From: Tubiluchus corallicola
Lineage: Eukaryota > Animalia > Priapulida
Assembly (NCBI GenBank): GCA_030141605.1
Contig: JAQGDQ010000040.1
Span: forward strand, 558,001 to 622,000
Direction: 5' to 3'
Length of the DNA: 64,000 nt
This document shows positions 14,601-27,100 of the stretch, in pieces (the first letter of the stretch is position 1; the number at the start of each line of letters is the position of its first letter). The translations under genes were made by a program, and so were the position numbers. The notes under the pieces were generated by a model. The model did no database searches. It was not told where the DNA came from and saw only the letters and a list, made by a program, of their open reading frames with translations.

Positions 14601-17600
14601 CTAAGTTGTCAAATACACTCTGAAAATATAACGAAATAAGCATTACTTCACAGCTTCTTTGAGCTGTTTAGTGCATACAACCTTTCATTAAAGATTTATA
14701 AGAAATTCTATAGTTTACTAGGAAAAATTTGAGAAGCATTCAAGAAAAACAACATAACAGCAAGTAAATGGCAAAAAAACATATTTGTGCCAATGTGAAT
14801 ACAAACTAATCCTTGAGTCATTTAAAAAGCACTCACTTGTATTTAAACAGTAACTGTCAAAAAAACATGGCACACTGAAAAGCACTGACTCATTGTTTAG
14901 ACAACTCAAAGAAATTAGGACAAAAACATCCAGAAATTTCAGCACCGAGTTTTTCAAGACAACACAAAGTATTTCCGCATTGTTATATAATTCAGCAACC
15001 AAGCCTTTCTTATTAAAATACAAATGTGCACACTTCCAAAAGAATGGAAAATTTGGAAATGATAACCGCACACAGCAAACAAAAAAGACACAAAGGAAAG
15101 GCAAAGAAGACAATAAAACAAGAGTGAAAAAACAATTTTACAAATTTTACGGCAACTAAACTCTTTTTCATATGCTACAACAATTAAAGAAGAGTTATAC
15201 CTTACAGGTTAGAACATCTTTGAGTGTTTTCTCTGTACAAAATTCTGTCTCGTCATCAATTCTTAGTTTCTTCTGTAAAAGAACAGATTGCAAACTTGTA
15301 ACATATAAATTCTCAAATAAAACTAAATCAGATAGCTGCAATAGTTTCCCAGCATACCAAACTGTAGTTAATCAAGAGTAGAACATAAGATTCATCAAAT
15401 TTTTGGCACTTACAGGTCCTTCTTGTATCCAGTTTTCCATTTCATGACAATTTGGGACATCTTCTTTGCAAGATGGCATCCAGTCAGGCTTAACCTCAGC
15501 AGTTACCTTTGAAAAAGAAAAAGATGCAGCTATCAAAATGTAGCACAAAGGTGAAGAAAAAACAAAAACAGAACTAGTTTAACTTTCCGTACATTCTTCT
15601 GATTAGCATCCTTCACTGTGACTTTATTCAAGCTGAACAATGAAATAATTTTATAAAATTTGCTAAGCAAAGCTTCTAGTCCAGCAATTTTCATTCCAAA
15701 CCCGCGCCTTCCCCTTTGAAGAGATGCTTCTACTATGTTAACACGCCCCTGGTTGTCTTTCCCTAAGCCTAGTCCTTCTTTGTAGCCCATGCTTGTCTAG
15801 AGAAAATATAGATAATAAATTTCAGTTGGTGCAACATAAATTCAAATAAGTATCTACAATCAAAAATGAGAATACAAGTGACAAAAATTGAAAGTGAAAA
15901 ACTGGGACACGAAAACAAGTGCAGCATATACAGTAGTTGCCACTCAAAAAACACGGACAATAAAACCAGCTGTACTTTAGACCTATTTAGGCATTGTCCA
16001 GAATGGTTTAGGTACATTTTCTAGAAAAAGTGTTTCTCAGAAAAACATTTCCCTGAAAACTTTTTTCCCATAAAATATTTTTCCCGTTTGCCTCTCCCTC
16101 TTTATCCCCTCTCATCCTTTCCCTCTCTTCTTATCTCCTCTCCCTCTGTCTCTCTCGCCCTATTCTCTCTTGCTCTTTGTCTTTCTCAATTATCAAAACC
16201 CCTCTCCCTCTCCCTCTCTCTCATTCTACTTCCAGTTAAAGTTAACTAAGAGGATTATCAGAATCATTGAAAATGACGCAATGTGTCGTGTATCAGAATG
16301 TGTCACATTTTTAGCACGCTTAGCTCACATTGATATTTTTCCAGCATATTGCAACTCCTTGTTTCAATGTTTTTACAGTCATAGAAGCAGCTACATCCTC
16401 CCAAAATCAGTGAAATAATTCAGCATAGCAGTGAAAGCAACTGCCCAAAGCGAGATTCTTAAGCAGTCACCCAAATAATCAGTTGTCAGGCTCGACGTTG
16501 CTTCACTTTGGTAGCCAATCACACGCCGTGAATATTAACTATTGTATATATGCAAAATCAAAATGATTTGATTTTGCATATCACTACATAATTGTTCTGA
16601 CGTTATAAATCTACTTTCTTGCCTTAACCAGTTCATCAAATCTTTTATCATATAATCGGTATTAATCAGTACACGTAGTTAAAATAAACTACTTTTTATT
16701 TGGCATCATCTAACTCCGCCTTAAAAAGGATTCATTACATTTTCCGTGAAGTTTATTTTCTGGGAAATGGCTGTTCTGGAAAGCAAATTTTTCCGGCAAA
16801 AAAGTTTTCTGTGAAGTTTTTTGTCGGAGAAAAATTTTTCCTGGCAAAGAACTTTTCTGGGAAATGAGTCTACTCCATAGAAACTATTGTTAACAAAATT
16901 TTGTTAAGAAAACCAGTGTACTGTTTAATAAAACCACATTTTTCAGTAATAGGTTACAAAAGTAATGTCAAAATGAAAAAATAAAATGTATTTTTGGTAG
17001 TTTGCTATTTTTTGAGATTTAAGCAGTTGAAATTTTAGTCCTGTTTCCTAGATTCACTTCTTCTTAGTCAAAGTTATACTGAAAGTTAAAGTCAATTGTT
17101 TCGACATAACCACTCTGCACGTACAGCTACTATAGTACATTTTAGCTTATTGAAGGAACTTGACTCACTATTATATGCATGAGTTATTCTCTATTCTCTG
17201 ACTGCCCCATGCTTAATTGCCATTATAGTATCAGTTATGGTGAAATGTTTATGTACCTTGCCAAATACACACACCAGCAACAGACCGCAACGTAATAAAA
17301 TCGCTGTTTATTAAAACCACTTATTGCTGGTCCCGTGATGGTATTACTAAGTGCAGAGTACTGGACGGGACACTGTATACATGCTGAAGAACCCATGTAA
17401 TTTTAAACACAGCAAATAGCATGGCAGAATATAGATAAAGAAAAATTGGCAGATGGCACCACTATGTGAGACCAAATGCAAATTAAGAAAGACATGAATA
17501 ATATATACAATAAATAATTTTCTTTTACTGTAATGCAAACTTCACAAATAGCATCAAAATAAAGACCAATTGTATTTAATTATCTCAAATATCACCCTTA

Positions 17601-18547
17601 AAATATACAGACAAATAAAATAGCCTACTATACTATCATTGTTACAGAAGGGGGGATAATGGGGCACCACTGCCAGTTCACTAGCTAATCTTAGAGGGAT
17701 AGTGAGAATCAAGCTCAAATCACATCACTAACATTCCATTGAAAAGGTACTGCCCTTACTGGATTCTAAATTGCTTTTTGCCAAAGAATAAAAGAATAAA
17801 AAAAATCATACAAATAAGTTACTGCATGAAACAAAATTGTTAAAATTCTCCATTTTCAGCAAAATTGCAGCAGGCAGAATGACAGCGGAAAGAGAACGAA
17901 AAGGAATACTGCTTCGGATGTTACCTTACCATTAAGTTCATTATTTTTGGATTTATGTCCATTTGATTCTTTCTTTTGACTGGTTCTCCTGTTTCAGATT
18001 TTAAAAATTTGCTTGATCTTGGAACATCTACTTCGTATCGAACATTACTCTCATTATTTCTTTCACTTGCATTCCAGTTATGCTTTCTTTTAGCAATGTC
18101 ATTTCTCGATCCCTGGGAGACAAACGGACTTGAAGAGACCAGTGTATCGCTTGGCGTTGAGATCATGTTCCCTTTTAAGTATCCCATTCCAGAGCTCTCG
18201 ACTACATCATACTGGATATCACTGATTCCTGCATTTGCGTTCTCATAAAATGCTTTAGACAATCTTTTTGCAACTCGACCATTCAATTCTGAATCACAGT
18301 GCAGAACCCGGGATTCTTCATATGAAGACCAGTTACACTTTCTTTTCTTGGGTGGTTGCCGAATGTCATTGTCACTTTCAAATGGATTCTGTGTTACATG
18401 TGTAGAACTCTGTGGCACATGTTCTCCCATAGAATCTCTGTCGGTTGTATGTCGTAGCTCAGTGTCACTCTCCGACGATGATGCCTCAGTGGATATGAAT
18501 CCCACTGAATTAACTCCAAACTTTTCATCTTCACTTGTACTAGCCAT
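2617..18547 (-). CDS. CMTR1: Cap-specific mRNA (nucleoside-2'-O-)-methyltransferase 1 (G-patch, RrmJ/FtsJ MTase, guanylyltransferase-like domain); C-terminal WW exons not found in window
   Basis: Frame-consistent exons: 17930-18547, 15593-15796, 15414-15506, 15201-15272, 14525-14619, 13538-13610, 13062-13254, 12568-12686, 12020-12116, 10394-10526, 9927-10109, 7760-7816, 7566-7623, 6441-6509, 6102-6233, 4213-4332, 2956-3047, 2617-2733. Motifs matching vertebrate CMTR1: [16 protein letters not shown] (G-patch), [128 protein letters not shown]. Confidence 0.96.
3154..3201. repeat. Two-copy 24-bp tandem duplication (AAGGTCTATAAAAATYCGTGATTT)
   Basis: Directly visible, one mismatch; lies in a CMTR1 intron. 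Confidence 0.8.
4536..5855. mobile_element. Non-autonomous hAT-superfamily DNA transposon (1320 bp)
   Basis: Perfect 23-bp TIRs (CAGGGCACTTTATTTATGACTTT ... AAAGTCATAAATAAAGTGCCCTG), a perfect 8-bp TSD CATATTGA (4528-4535 and 5856-5863), and subterminal TATTTATGAC repeats at both ends. No transposase ORF. Confidence 0.93.
5252..5347. mobile_element. 96-bp hAT-type MITE nested inside the 4536-5855 element
   Basis: TIR TAGGGGTAAGCAT / ATGCTCACCCCTA (12 of 13 match), perfect 8-bp TSD ACGCCGCT (5244-5251, 5348-5355), and two internal copies of TTCGGTTCGATTCGAATTCG. Confidence 0.9.
6750..7010 (+). mobile_element. Possible highly decayed CR1/L2 reverse-transcriptase remnant
   Basis: Fragmentary translation ILD..FNCV..HTL..LQKWFSG resembles the CR1/L2 RT segment DLSKAFD.V.H..LL....L.WF.SYL; frameshifted. 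Confidence 0.3.
7195..7335 (+). mobile_element. Degenerate tRNA-derived SINE with a MetaSINE-like core
   Basis: A decayed A/B-box-like head (TGGCTACTTGG...GGGTTTAAAACT) is followed by TGGGTCACACAAATGACCTTTAAAATG..CCTGCTGTTGCCCTGCTTGGCA. This resembles, from memory, the conserved MetaSINE central domain. Confidence 0.45.
11062..11435 (+). mobile_element. Probable Helitron/Helentron-associated non-autonomous repeat
   Basis: Begins ACACTAGAAGCAAT and carries CATGCCAAAAATTGTGGCCCTAGCTCAAAAACTAAAGGAGGA, a motif typical of such invertebrate repeats. More GC-rich than the surrounding intron. Confidence 0.35.
16003..16877. mobile_element. Decayed foldback/MITE-like element with subterminal TTTTCCNGNAAAA arrays and an internal CT-rich tract
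   Basis: Imperfect inverted termini (TGGTTTAGGTACATTTTCTAGAAAA versus the reverse complement TGGAGTAGACTCATTTCCCAGAAAA), short repeat arrays at 16015-16086 and 16740-16865, and a polypyrimidine tract at 16090-16225. No clear TSD. Confidence 0.55.
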
Positions 18548-21500
18548 ATCTACAAAAATACGTATGTGCAATAGAATCCCAATTTTTCTTACATTGAGTG
18601 GTTGAGTCGAAAAAGGGCGTAACCCTCAAATTTTCAAAAAAATTGTTTTTTGGGGTTTTTGGTCAATGCAGAACCTTATCTTTATTTTCCCTACAAATTG
18701 TACTAAGTAGAGGTTTGCAACTTGCTTTAAATTGCAATTTAAGTAGCCCAGGGATTGTAGTTTAGCAAGCTTTTGTCCTTTTGCATGGAAAAATGCGTAA
18801 TCATTTTGACGCATTACAACAAATTCAATATCAATGCGAGTTCTAAACCATGATGTAATCAAGTGCATCATTCCTGCTGGGTGAGTGTGCTGTTGTGTGA
18901 GGTGTAAATGACACATTGCTAAATAAAATAAAAATTAGTCATGGACATATAAAAAAAATGGCAACATAATCCACCTAATTAAAGACACTTTTACAAAAAT
19001 CAGATGCTACTCTGGATTTCAATATACAAATAGATAATATACAAGTTGAAGATACAATCGGGATAATTGTGGTTTCAGCAAGGCTTCGGCACTAAAACGA
19101 GAGCAAATTTTTGAAAACTTACGATTTGCACAATTAGGGAAACAAAGTGCTCCTTTATTTGACCTTATACGGTCAGCGCCTTGCAAAACGTGATACACTT
19201 AAAACCTACATACAATTATTTCATAAGAGTCTCTGATGAAAAAAAAACGCCACTACAGAAATCCAAATATATCTGGCGGCAGTTAACAACCTTCATTACG
19301 AACCAACTGGCCTAACACTGTGCAGCCTCAGCAGGTACTCATGTTTCTTACTTGTATTTTGGTAGACTCACTAGACTAATGAAAACAGCCAAACGCGCAA
19401 AAATGTTTCTGACAATAAACCATAACCTGTTTACAATAGCTCCATGGCACAGAGGAATCAAACACTGCCGTTAGGCGCAACCCGTCGGTCTGATAGGTTA
19501 AAAAAGCCTTTTTATGCAGTACACACACACGCACAGCAGGGTTGCCAATTTAACTGATAATTGAAGTAGTTGTACATTTGCAAAAAATGGAAAATTTATA
19601 AGTATGTCCACTGTTGTCTCCTGGACTATGTAATGGAAACCGGATGATTGGGGCATACCATACTAAACTGGCTTATTAATTAGTGTGATTGCGTAATTAC
19701 ATCAACTCAAGGAATTACAGACTGAATTGGAAACTAAATGTAAAACAGTAATAGCACTTGTGACTTGTGAGGAAAACATAAAAAAATACAATAAACTGCA
19801 AAAAAAAATTATTTTTAAAAACTGTGCTATATTATAAGTCAGTAAATTATTACTATTCAATACTGAAATGTGTGTGGGTAGTTGTGGCAGCACTATCACC
19901 TTGGTTAACTTCAATAATTATCAGACACTGAAATCAATTTTTTGAAATCTCTTAATAAAATCACTCTCAACAAAAAATCTACTTTCCCTCACGGTAAATA
20001 TCAAGCATGATTTTGTCAGTTTGAGTTTTGTGAAGTGATAATGATGACGATGATGACAACACTGATGATCATAATGGAAATGCTAAAATTTGATTGAAAT
20101 TTGTAACCGTAGTGGAAGCCAGAACAAGTAATGTGCAATGTATGAATTTGATAGACATGGGACTGTTTGATCAAACAGAACACACGGTCTGGTTTTAGGT
20201 CACACACATTAGCGATTTTGGAGTTATCGAAAAACTGAAAAGAAAACTCAGTATGTGTACTTTGACTACTTTTCATCAAATTTGATAAAAATATCACGAA
20301 TGAAGCAAAGTGTCAATGTTTGTAAATTTGTAACCTGTGAAGGACTGCTTTGCAACCTTTGAAAGACTGTACATCAACACACAGAGAAAAGCAGAGGAAA
20401 TAAGAGTATAAAGGTATTTTAAGCAAAGCATGTCAAATACAATGCGAAAGGAAATCGGCAATGATTAAGATGTTTTAGTATTTAATACTTAAATTTCCAT
20501 GCCACTTTTACAATTGAAATTAACAATATATTTGGTATTTAAACGGAAATTTTATTACCGAATTATTACAATTGTTTATTTATTTTAATAAATGATTAAA
20601 ATTTATTATTATAATTACTATTTTAAATTCAGTTTAGTTATTTAATTTTTATATTTAATTTTATTATAATTATCACATTTAATTAATTTAGCTCAGTTAT
20701 TCAGTTATAAATAAAATTTCAGGTAATTGCTACCTGGTATAATAACAACTGCAGTAAACGTATATGTAAATGGTAGATCAGCAAGGTAAGGGGATGTTTG
20801 GCAAGGATTAATTTCCAGTTATCTTATAATTACCGTATGACGTAATTTTGTTTATTTGTGTACCAAAACTTTAACATCATTCACCGAAATAAATGCAGGT
20901 ATTTAAACTCTGTGCTTTAAATTTTGCTATGTATGCAGGCACCCAAGCACTATGCAGTTTTGGTAGTGTAAACAATACAAAGAAACCCAAGTTAACACCA
21001 CACACATAATATCGAGTTTCTGGTCATAGCAGATGCATTAATAATACAAACCAATATTAAGTAATCAGCAAACCATTCATAAGCAAAATCCCTGTAAAAC
21101 ATATTCCACATAATAGAGACTATAAATTGAAAAAATTTGATAATGAATATGTGACATTTTTCTCTAAAAGATCAAAAAGGCAGGAAGGCTTCATTGGGAG
21201 AGATGTCCACTTGACGAAATGGGGTGTACTTCAAAGTTATTTTTACCCCCAAGTGCTGTACGCTATTTGGAACACCTATTGTCTTTCAGTTTGAGAAATT
21301 ACATGTCTGTTACGGGCAATGTCATAATCTGCTGTTCTAAAGTGTTAGATTTTATATGTAAGTTCTATTAGCCTCTTATCATCTGAGAAGCAGTAAATAA
21401 AAACTGTGTAGAATGTTCATGCATTATTGATTATTGATGGATGTGTCTTCAATTTTGTACAAAATGATTTTCATGGTTTTGCTAGGCTGCTGTGCTATTA

Positions 21501-21582
21501 GTGTTGGTGCTGTAGGTGTTGTCATCATACGCATCATCAGTGCCATCATCATCATCACCAATTGATATAGTGTGATAAGGTG

Positions 21583-21845
21583 CAGTGGCTGTGGCGCGTG
21601 TGCTTTGGATGGTGTTGGAGTGGCGGATGCAATGTGGTGGGTGTGGCACGGCGTGATGGGTGTAGCACGGTGTGGTTGGAAAGGCATGGGTGGTGTGGTG
21701 TGGGAGGTGTGGTAGGGTGTAGAGCAGTATGTGGGTGGTATGATGTGGCAGGTGTGATGTGGTATGGCATGAGTGGTGTTGCAATGATAGTGTGACGTGG
21801 GTGGTGTGGTGTACTGGATGTGCTATGGTTTGTTGTTGTGGGCTT
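21583..21845. repeat. GT-rich degenerate (GGTGT)n low-complexity tract
   Basis: Imperfect GGTGT/GGTGG/GGTAT pentamers with strong G/T strand skew. Confidence 0.85.
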
Positions 21846-23562
21846 ATATGCAAATTTTTTTGCGGGGCCTTTGCTAGTAATTTAATAAATATTTATTATT
21901 GTGTTTTTACACCAACGGATTGATACTGTGTGCTTTCACTCTCATTTGAATCAACTAAGAATAATAGTATTTACGTAATGGACAGCCCAACTTTCAGTTA
22001 TTGACATCACCACATAAGGGTTAAACAGTAAAGTCCCATTTTTCGCCCAAGGTTTCTCTTCTTGTAAGTCGAGAGGGAAATCTTGGAGTTCAACAGGCTA
22101 AATACATTTGAATTTCAAACCATTATTTTCTGCAGTTAATTAAAAATGTATGGTCAGCTAACTTTGCATAATATACATACATACGTGAGCTGCACAACAT
22201 TCTGATGGATATGTCAGTGGATGTGCGAGAATTATGGTTAGTGGAAGACGTGCACAGGACATGGAGCTGTGACAGAGCCACGAGGAACAGGCATATGGAT
22301 TATAGTAGTGGTTGTGCTAGACTACCTATCAACCAGTGACGCTGTTGATGCTGGAAACAGAAAGATTCTAGGAAGTCGGAGTAAGCTTTTGTTTCTGTAT
22401 TGCAGAATATTTGGTTCAATAAATGTGCTTTCTTTACTGACTTAAGAGAATGGTAAAATCATTAGGTAAATTATTAAACATCAGTGAAAGATTTTCGAGA
22501 GCCTACAGAAAAGCAACATTTAAAGTGATATGAACGTGAACTTGTAAGTGAATGACTTATGTTGTTCTGCATCTAGCTGCAATTAAATGTATTTGTAGTG
22601 AGTAGTAACACACCAAGTAGTGATACATGCTGAATTTGTTCTCTCCCCTGCAAAATGTTATGCAACTAAAACCTAAGTTTTTTAAAATTTTCTGCCTAAT
22701 AATACAGTGATAAGCTGATGCCATAGCTCTAACAATTTCTTGATTACTGTCGCATTGAAGTTTCAACAGATATGACCTCAACAGATAACGAAGAGCAAGC
22801 AGAGATGGCAGAAAGAATGCCCATGAGCTTTGTTAATATGCATAGCATTCACTGACACATGGAAGCGGTCAAAACAGTACGCATTAGGGATAAAGCATTA
22901 TACAAGCTTGAAGTCCGATGGTAACACTAGCACGTCATAATTTGGATGTTCAGCAAAAAACAGAATAGCGTATTGTACTATTTTAGTAGTTGCCCATCTA
23001 CTTCACTAACTCAACTGTAGCTGAGAAGTTATTAACTTATTTGTTTGCTTCAATAGTCAACACTTTTATATCAACTTACCAAAACACGTGTAGCATTACG
23101 ACGTAGCTATAACAGTGACGTAGGCCTGCGGCCTGCTATACTTACCACTAGACGATTCCACATTCAACTTGTTGTAATTCATAATAAAATTAACTAAGAA
23201 CCAGGCAGTAGAAATTGTTAACTTTAATTACTACAAATTAAGCGTTCATCTTAAAATTCTCCATTCTTTACTATCTGTGGTCCGAGTAGTAACTCACTCC
23301 AGATATTACACAGACTTTAGTAAATCAACCACAAGGTACATTACTGCAACAACAGTTTAACAAACGGAATGACTACACTAACACTACTACAGTATTCGTC
23401 CATGTTCTTTCGCTCAAGAATTCCTCTGTGCTTCTAGGCGCAAAACATTTGAATGTTTAATTTTTTATTTATCTTCTTTGTTGTTCACTTTGCTGTCTGA
23501 CGCCTCATGCGCATTTCGCATGGCCTGCAATATCAATTCTTAGCTCACCACTCACCTTCTGC

Positions 23563-24075
23563 AAGTAAGTAAGTTTATTAGTTTATCACCATTTTTAAAT
23601 AGCAAAATACATAACTAAGAGATTTATAAATCTATACAACATACAATAATATTACAAAAGTGCAAAAGTAATTATTGATTAGTGGTGAAAGGGTGGCGAA
23701 AGAACTATAAGTTATCGAGGTCAGCCACCCTCAATAGCTACCCCTTCAAATGTTAACACTCGTTATAGCTTTAACTTTGGTAGCCTTTCGTGTAAGGAAG
23801 ACAGTACTGGTTTATATAATACACTCATTTATTTAGGCAACCGCCTGAAGCTATAATACTCGTTGAGCAAGACGTACAGGAATTAATTTCTAAGGATACT
23901 AGTATCATGCTGTGGAAAAACTCAGTGTTTGCACACCTATTTCCCAATTTAAATTTAGCTCTTTAATATAGTATTAACATGCGTTTGAATGGCTCCTTTA
24001 AACTGATTAACTACTTCCATGAAGTAAACCACTGCACAGATCAATTATCCTATTATAGCCACAAAAGTATTTTCT
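23563..24075 (-). mobile_element. 3' end of a CR1/L2-like LINE
   Basis: The minus strand shows a GGGTGGC...GCCACCC stem-loop (23691-23731) followed by AATAAA and a (CTTA)n tail, as is typical of LINE 3' ends. Confidence 0.4.
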
Positions 24076-24109
24076 TAAATCTGACTTTGCTCTTTTATTG
24101 TACTATTTT

Positions 24110-27100
24110 CCTGCTGAAGTAGGCACATAAGTGACCTACAAAAGATAAGTGAAGAATTGTTGATGACTAAAATGGGTATGGGTACAATAGATGAAGAGGC
24201 AAAAGAACATAATGAATCTAGTAAGAAGGAAGATGATTCCGGAAAAGAAGTACAGAATGAAAGTGAGTAGGTAGAGTCTGATAAGCCACTATGCAGATAT
24301 GTTGCAAAACATATGTGGGGCGAATTTGAAAATAGATGCAAGTTTAGACACTACAAAACAAAGAAGGAGTGTCAAGAGCTCAGTGAAAGTGTATATAGAG
24401 CCAAACAAGGAGAATATGATCGAAAGTTGTGTGCCTTTTTTGGAAGGAATAGATATTGCAAATTTGAAAGCAAGTGCAGGTTTAGACATTATTTGAAACC
24501 TGGGGAAGATAAGGAAAAGACAAATCTGTGTTGGAATTATAAGTATGATGGCGAATGCAAATATGGTAGTAGGTGCAGATACAGACATTTTTTAATGATG
24601 ATGAAAAGAGGTACCTAAGAACACAAGAACGATAAGGACAGCAGACAACCCTAGAAGCAAATAAAAATAAACAAAAGACACAAAATGAAAGTCTGGCTGA
24701 GCAGATTAATTTTCTAATGAGGGAAATGGATGCAATAAAAGAAAAAATGTTGAATTAAGAAAAAAAGTAAAAATGAAAAGATCTCAGAAAAACAAAAAGA
24801 GATTTTAAAATTTTAATGTAGTGTATTCAAATTTCAGAGGACTTTATAATAAGTTAGAGTCATTGCAAGGAGTGATAAGGGAAAAAAGCCTGGTGTTATA
24901 TAAATTGTTGAAACCTATTTGGGGGAAGAAGAATTAGTGAAGATTGAGGGTTACAGAGTGTTCCAACTGAATAGAAATAAATATGGAGGGGGTATTATTG
25001 GCAATTAATAATAACTTAAATAATGTAACAATGAAGGTTGACCAGCATAATGAAGTAGGAGAACAATTATGGATTGTAATGGATAATTTAAAAGTAAAAT
25101 TAAGAGTAGGATTATTGTAGGCACCTTAGGAAAGTAGGACAGATAAAGAAGAAATGAAGAAAATGTATGAGCAAATACGAAAACAAGTACAAAAAGCAAA
25201 AAATGAAAACCAGAAGTGCTAGCTTATATGTGACTTTAATACAAAATGTGGGAAAGATTATCAAAGGTAATAATGATGAAATAACTTGGGCAAGAAAAAT
25301 GTTACTAAATTTGGTTAAAAAAGAGAATCTAGTACTATTAAATGCAACTGAAAAATGCTCAGGAATTTGGACAAGAGAAGAAGCAAGGAAAAAGCCATTA
25401 CTGATTATAGTATAATAAGTGCAAATGATGTAAATGCACATAAGTTTACACTTGTTGACGAACAAAAACTGTATGGAATGTACAGAGTGACTGGAAGTGG
25501 TAAGGAAAAAAATATATACACACACCACAATACATTATATAGTGAATTTGATTGGGTTGAGATTAGCAAAATGAAAAGAGATAAAAGTGATGAGACAAAA
25601 AAGTTAGTAGTGTCTAATAAAAATAAAATGAACAGATACAAAAATGAAACTGATGATCAAATATTTAGCAATGTTTGGAGCAGTAACAGATCAATTCAGG
25701 GCAAATACGCAGTAAGAGACAGCTGCCTTTCAGTAAAATGAAAAAGAAACAAAAATATGGAAGTAAACTGTCATGGAAGTTAAATAAAGAAAGACGCAAG
25801 TTAAAACACGAAATGATTGACGAAGAAGACTCTGAAAGAAAAAGAATAATTAAAATAAAAATTGAACTAATAGAAAACATGATGAAGGATGTGCAAAGGA
25901 AGGAGCAAATAAATAGAATAAATAAAACTGTTAAGACAATTACAGTAAATGGAAACTTACCCAGCAGTTGTTTTGGGAATTCAAAAGGTACATCGAAAAG
26001 CCTAAAATAGAAGAAGCTATAGCAGTGAGAGATAACCAATGTGAGATCCAATAGGACCCGGAAAAGTATTAAGATGATTTTTAGAAAATATTATGAAGAA
26101 TTGCTAACTCCAACTCCGACAGAGGATGAGTATGAGCAAATGATATAATCAAGGGTTGAACAAATTTTCAAACACGTTGAACAAATGGCAAGCGAGGAGG
26201 AAGTAAAAGAAATTACTAACAGTGAAGTGAAAGAAGCAGTTCGATCATTAATAAATAGAAATGCTCCAAACATGCAAGGATGGAAGAATGAAATGATCAA
26301 ACAAGCAGGGAAAGGATTTAGCAATAGTATAGTAGCAATGCTGAATGAAATAATGAAGCAAAAGAAAATTCCAAAACAATGGGCCCAAATGAAAATAAAG
26401 TTAATTTATAGGGGAAAACGAGACAAGAAAGAGATGAAAAATAGACGAGGGCTGTTCATAACAAATATTTTCAGTAAACTAATGGAGAAAGTGATCCAAA
26501 TAGAATAATAGTTAAATTTGAAGAAAACATGGGAGTTCATCAACGTGGCGGAAAGAAAAACAGAGGTGTCTTTGACCATCTGTACACCTTGAGGGCAATG
26601 TTAGAGTATAACAGGTTTTATAAAAATGAAGTGTACAAAACAGAAAAGTGTTTTGATAAGTTGTGGTTGAAGGAAGGTGGATGGGCATATCGCCTGGAGA
26701 AATTTCTGTGATAAATAAATTAAATGAAATTGGAAAAATAGTCATAGAAGCAACATTAGGTAAAACAGATCAGTTAGAGATAAATGAAATAGTCCGGCAG
26801 GGAACAGTATTGGGACCATTATTATGTTGTGCTGCAATAAACCGGATTAATGAGATGGTGATAACAGGGACTGTGTTGGGCAAGAATGTACATGTGGGTA
26901 TGTCATTATTTTTAATGATATTGTGGGAATATACCAAGAAACCATAATCAAACAGATGATTAAAAACTGGCAAGAAATTGAAAGAACCAAAAGATTGACA
27001 TTCAATATGCAAAAAACACTATATATGAGAGCAAATATGACATGAAAGAAAAGGATTCTAGTATTATGTGAGTCACTAAGGAACGGAGAAGTTAAGGAAG

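Noticed and set aside
14718-15159. 131-aa and 88-aa ORFs
   Set aside because: Compositionally biased intron sequence between two confirmed CMTR1 exons.
19537-19894. hAT-like termini CAGGGTTGCCA ... TGGCAGCACTA near the CMTR1 5' end
   Set aside because: The TIRs are mismatched and there is no TSD.
20016-20460. Possible transposase remnant
   Set aside because: The acidic stretch and broken frames contain no motif I can assign.
21424-21853. His/Thr/Pro-rich ORFs as a metal-binding protein gene
   Set aside because: They are translations of a GGTGT simple repeat, open in several frames, with no splice or start context.
22200-22925. GC-richer exon-like patches
   Set aside because: Stops occur in all frames and no protein is recognisable.
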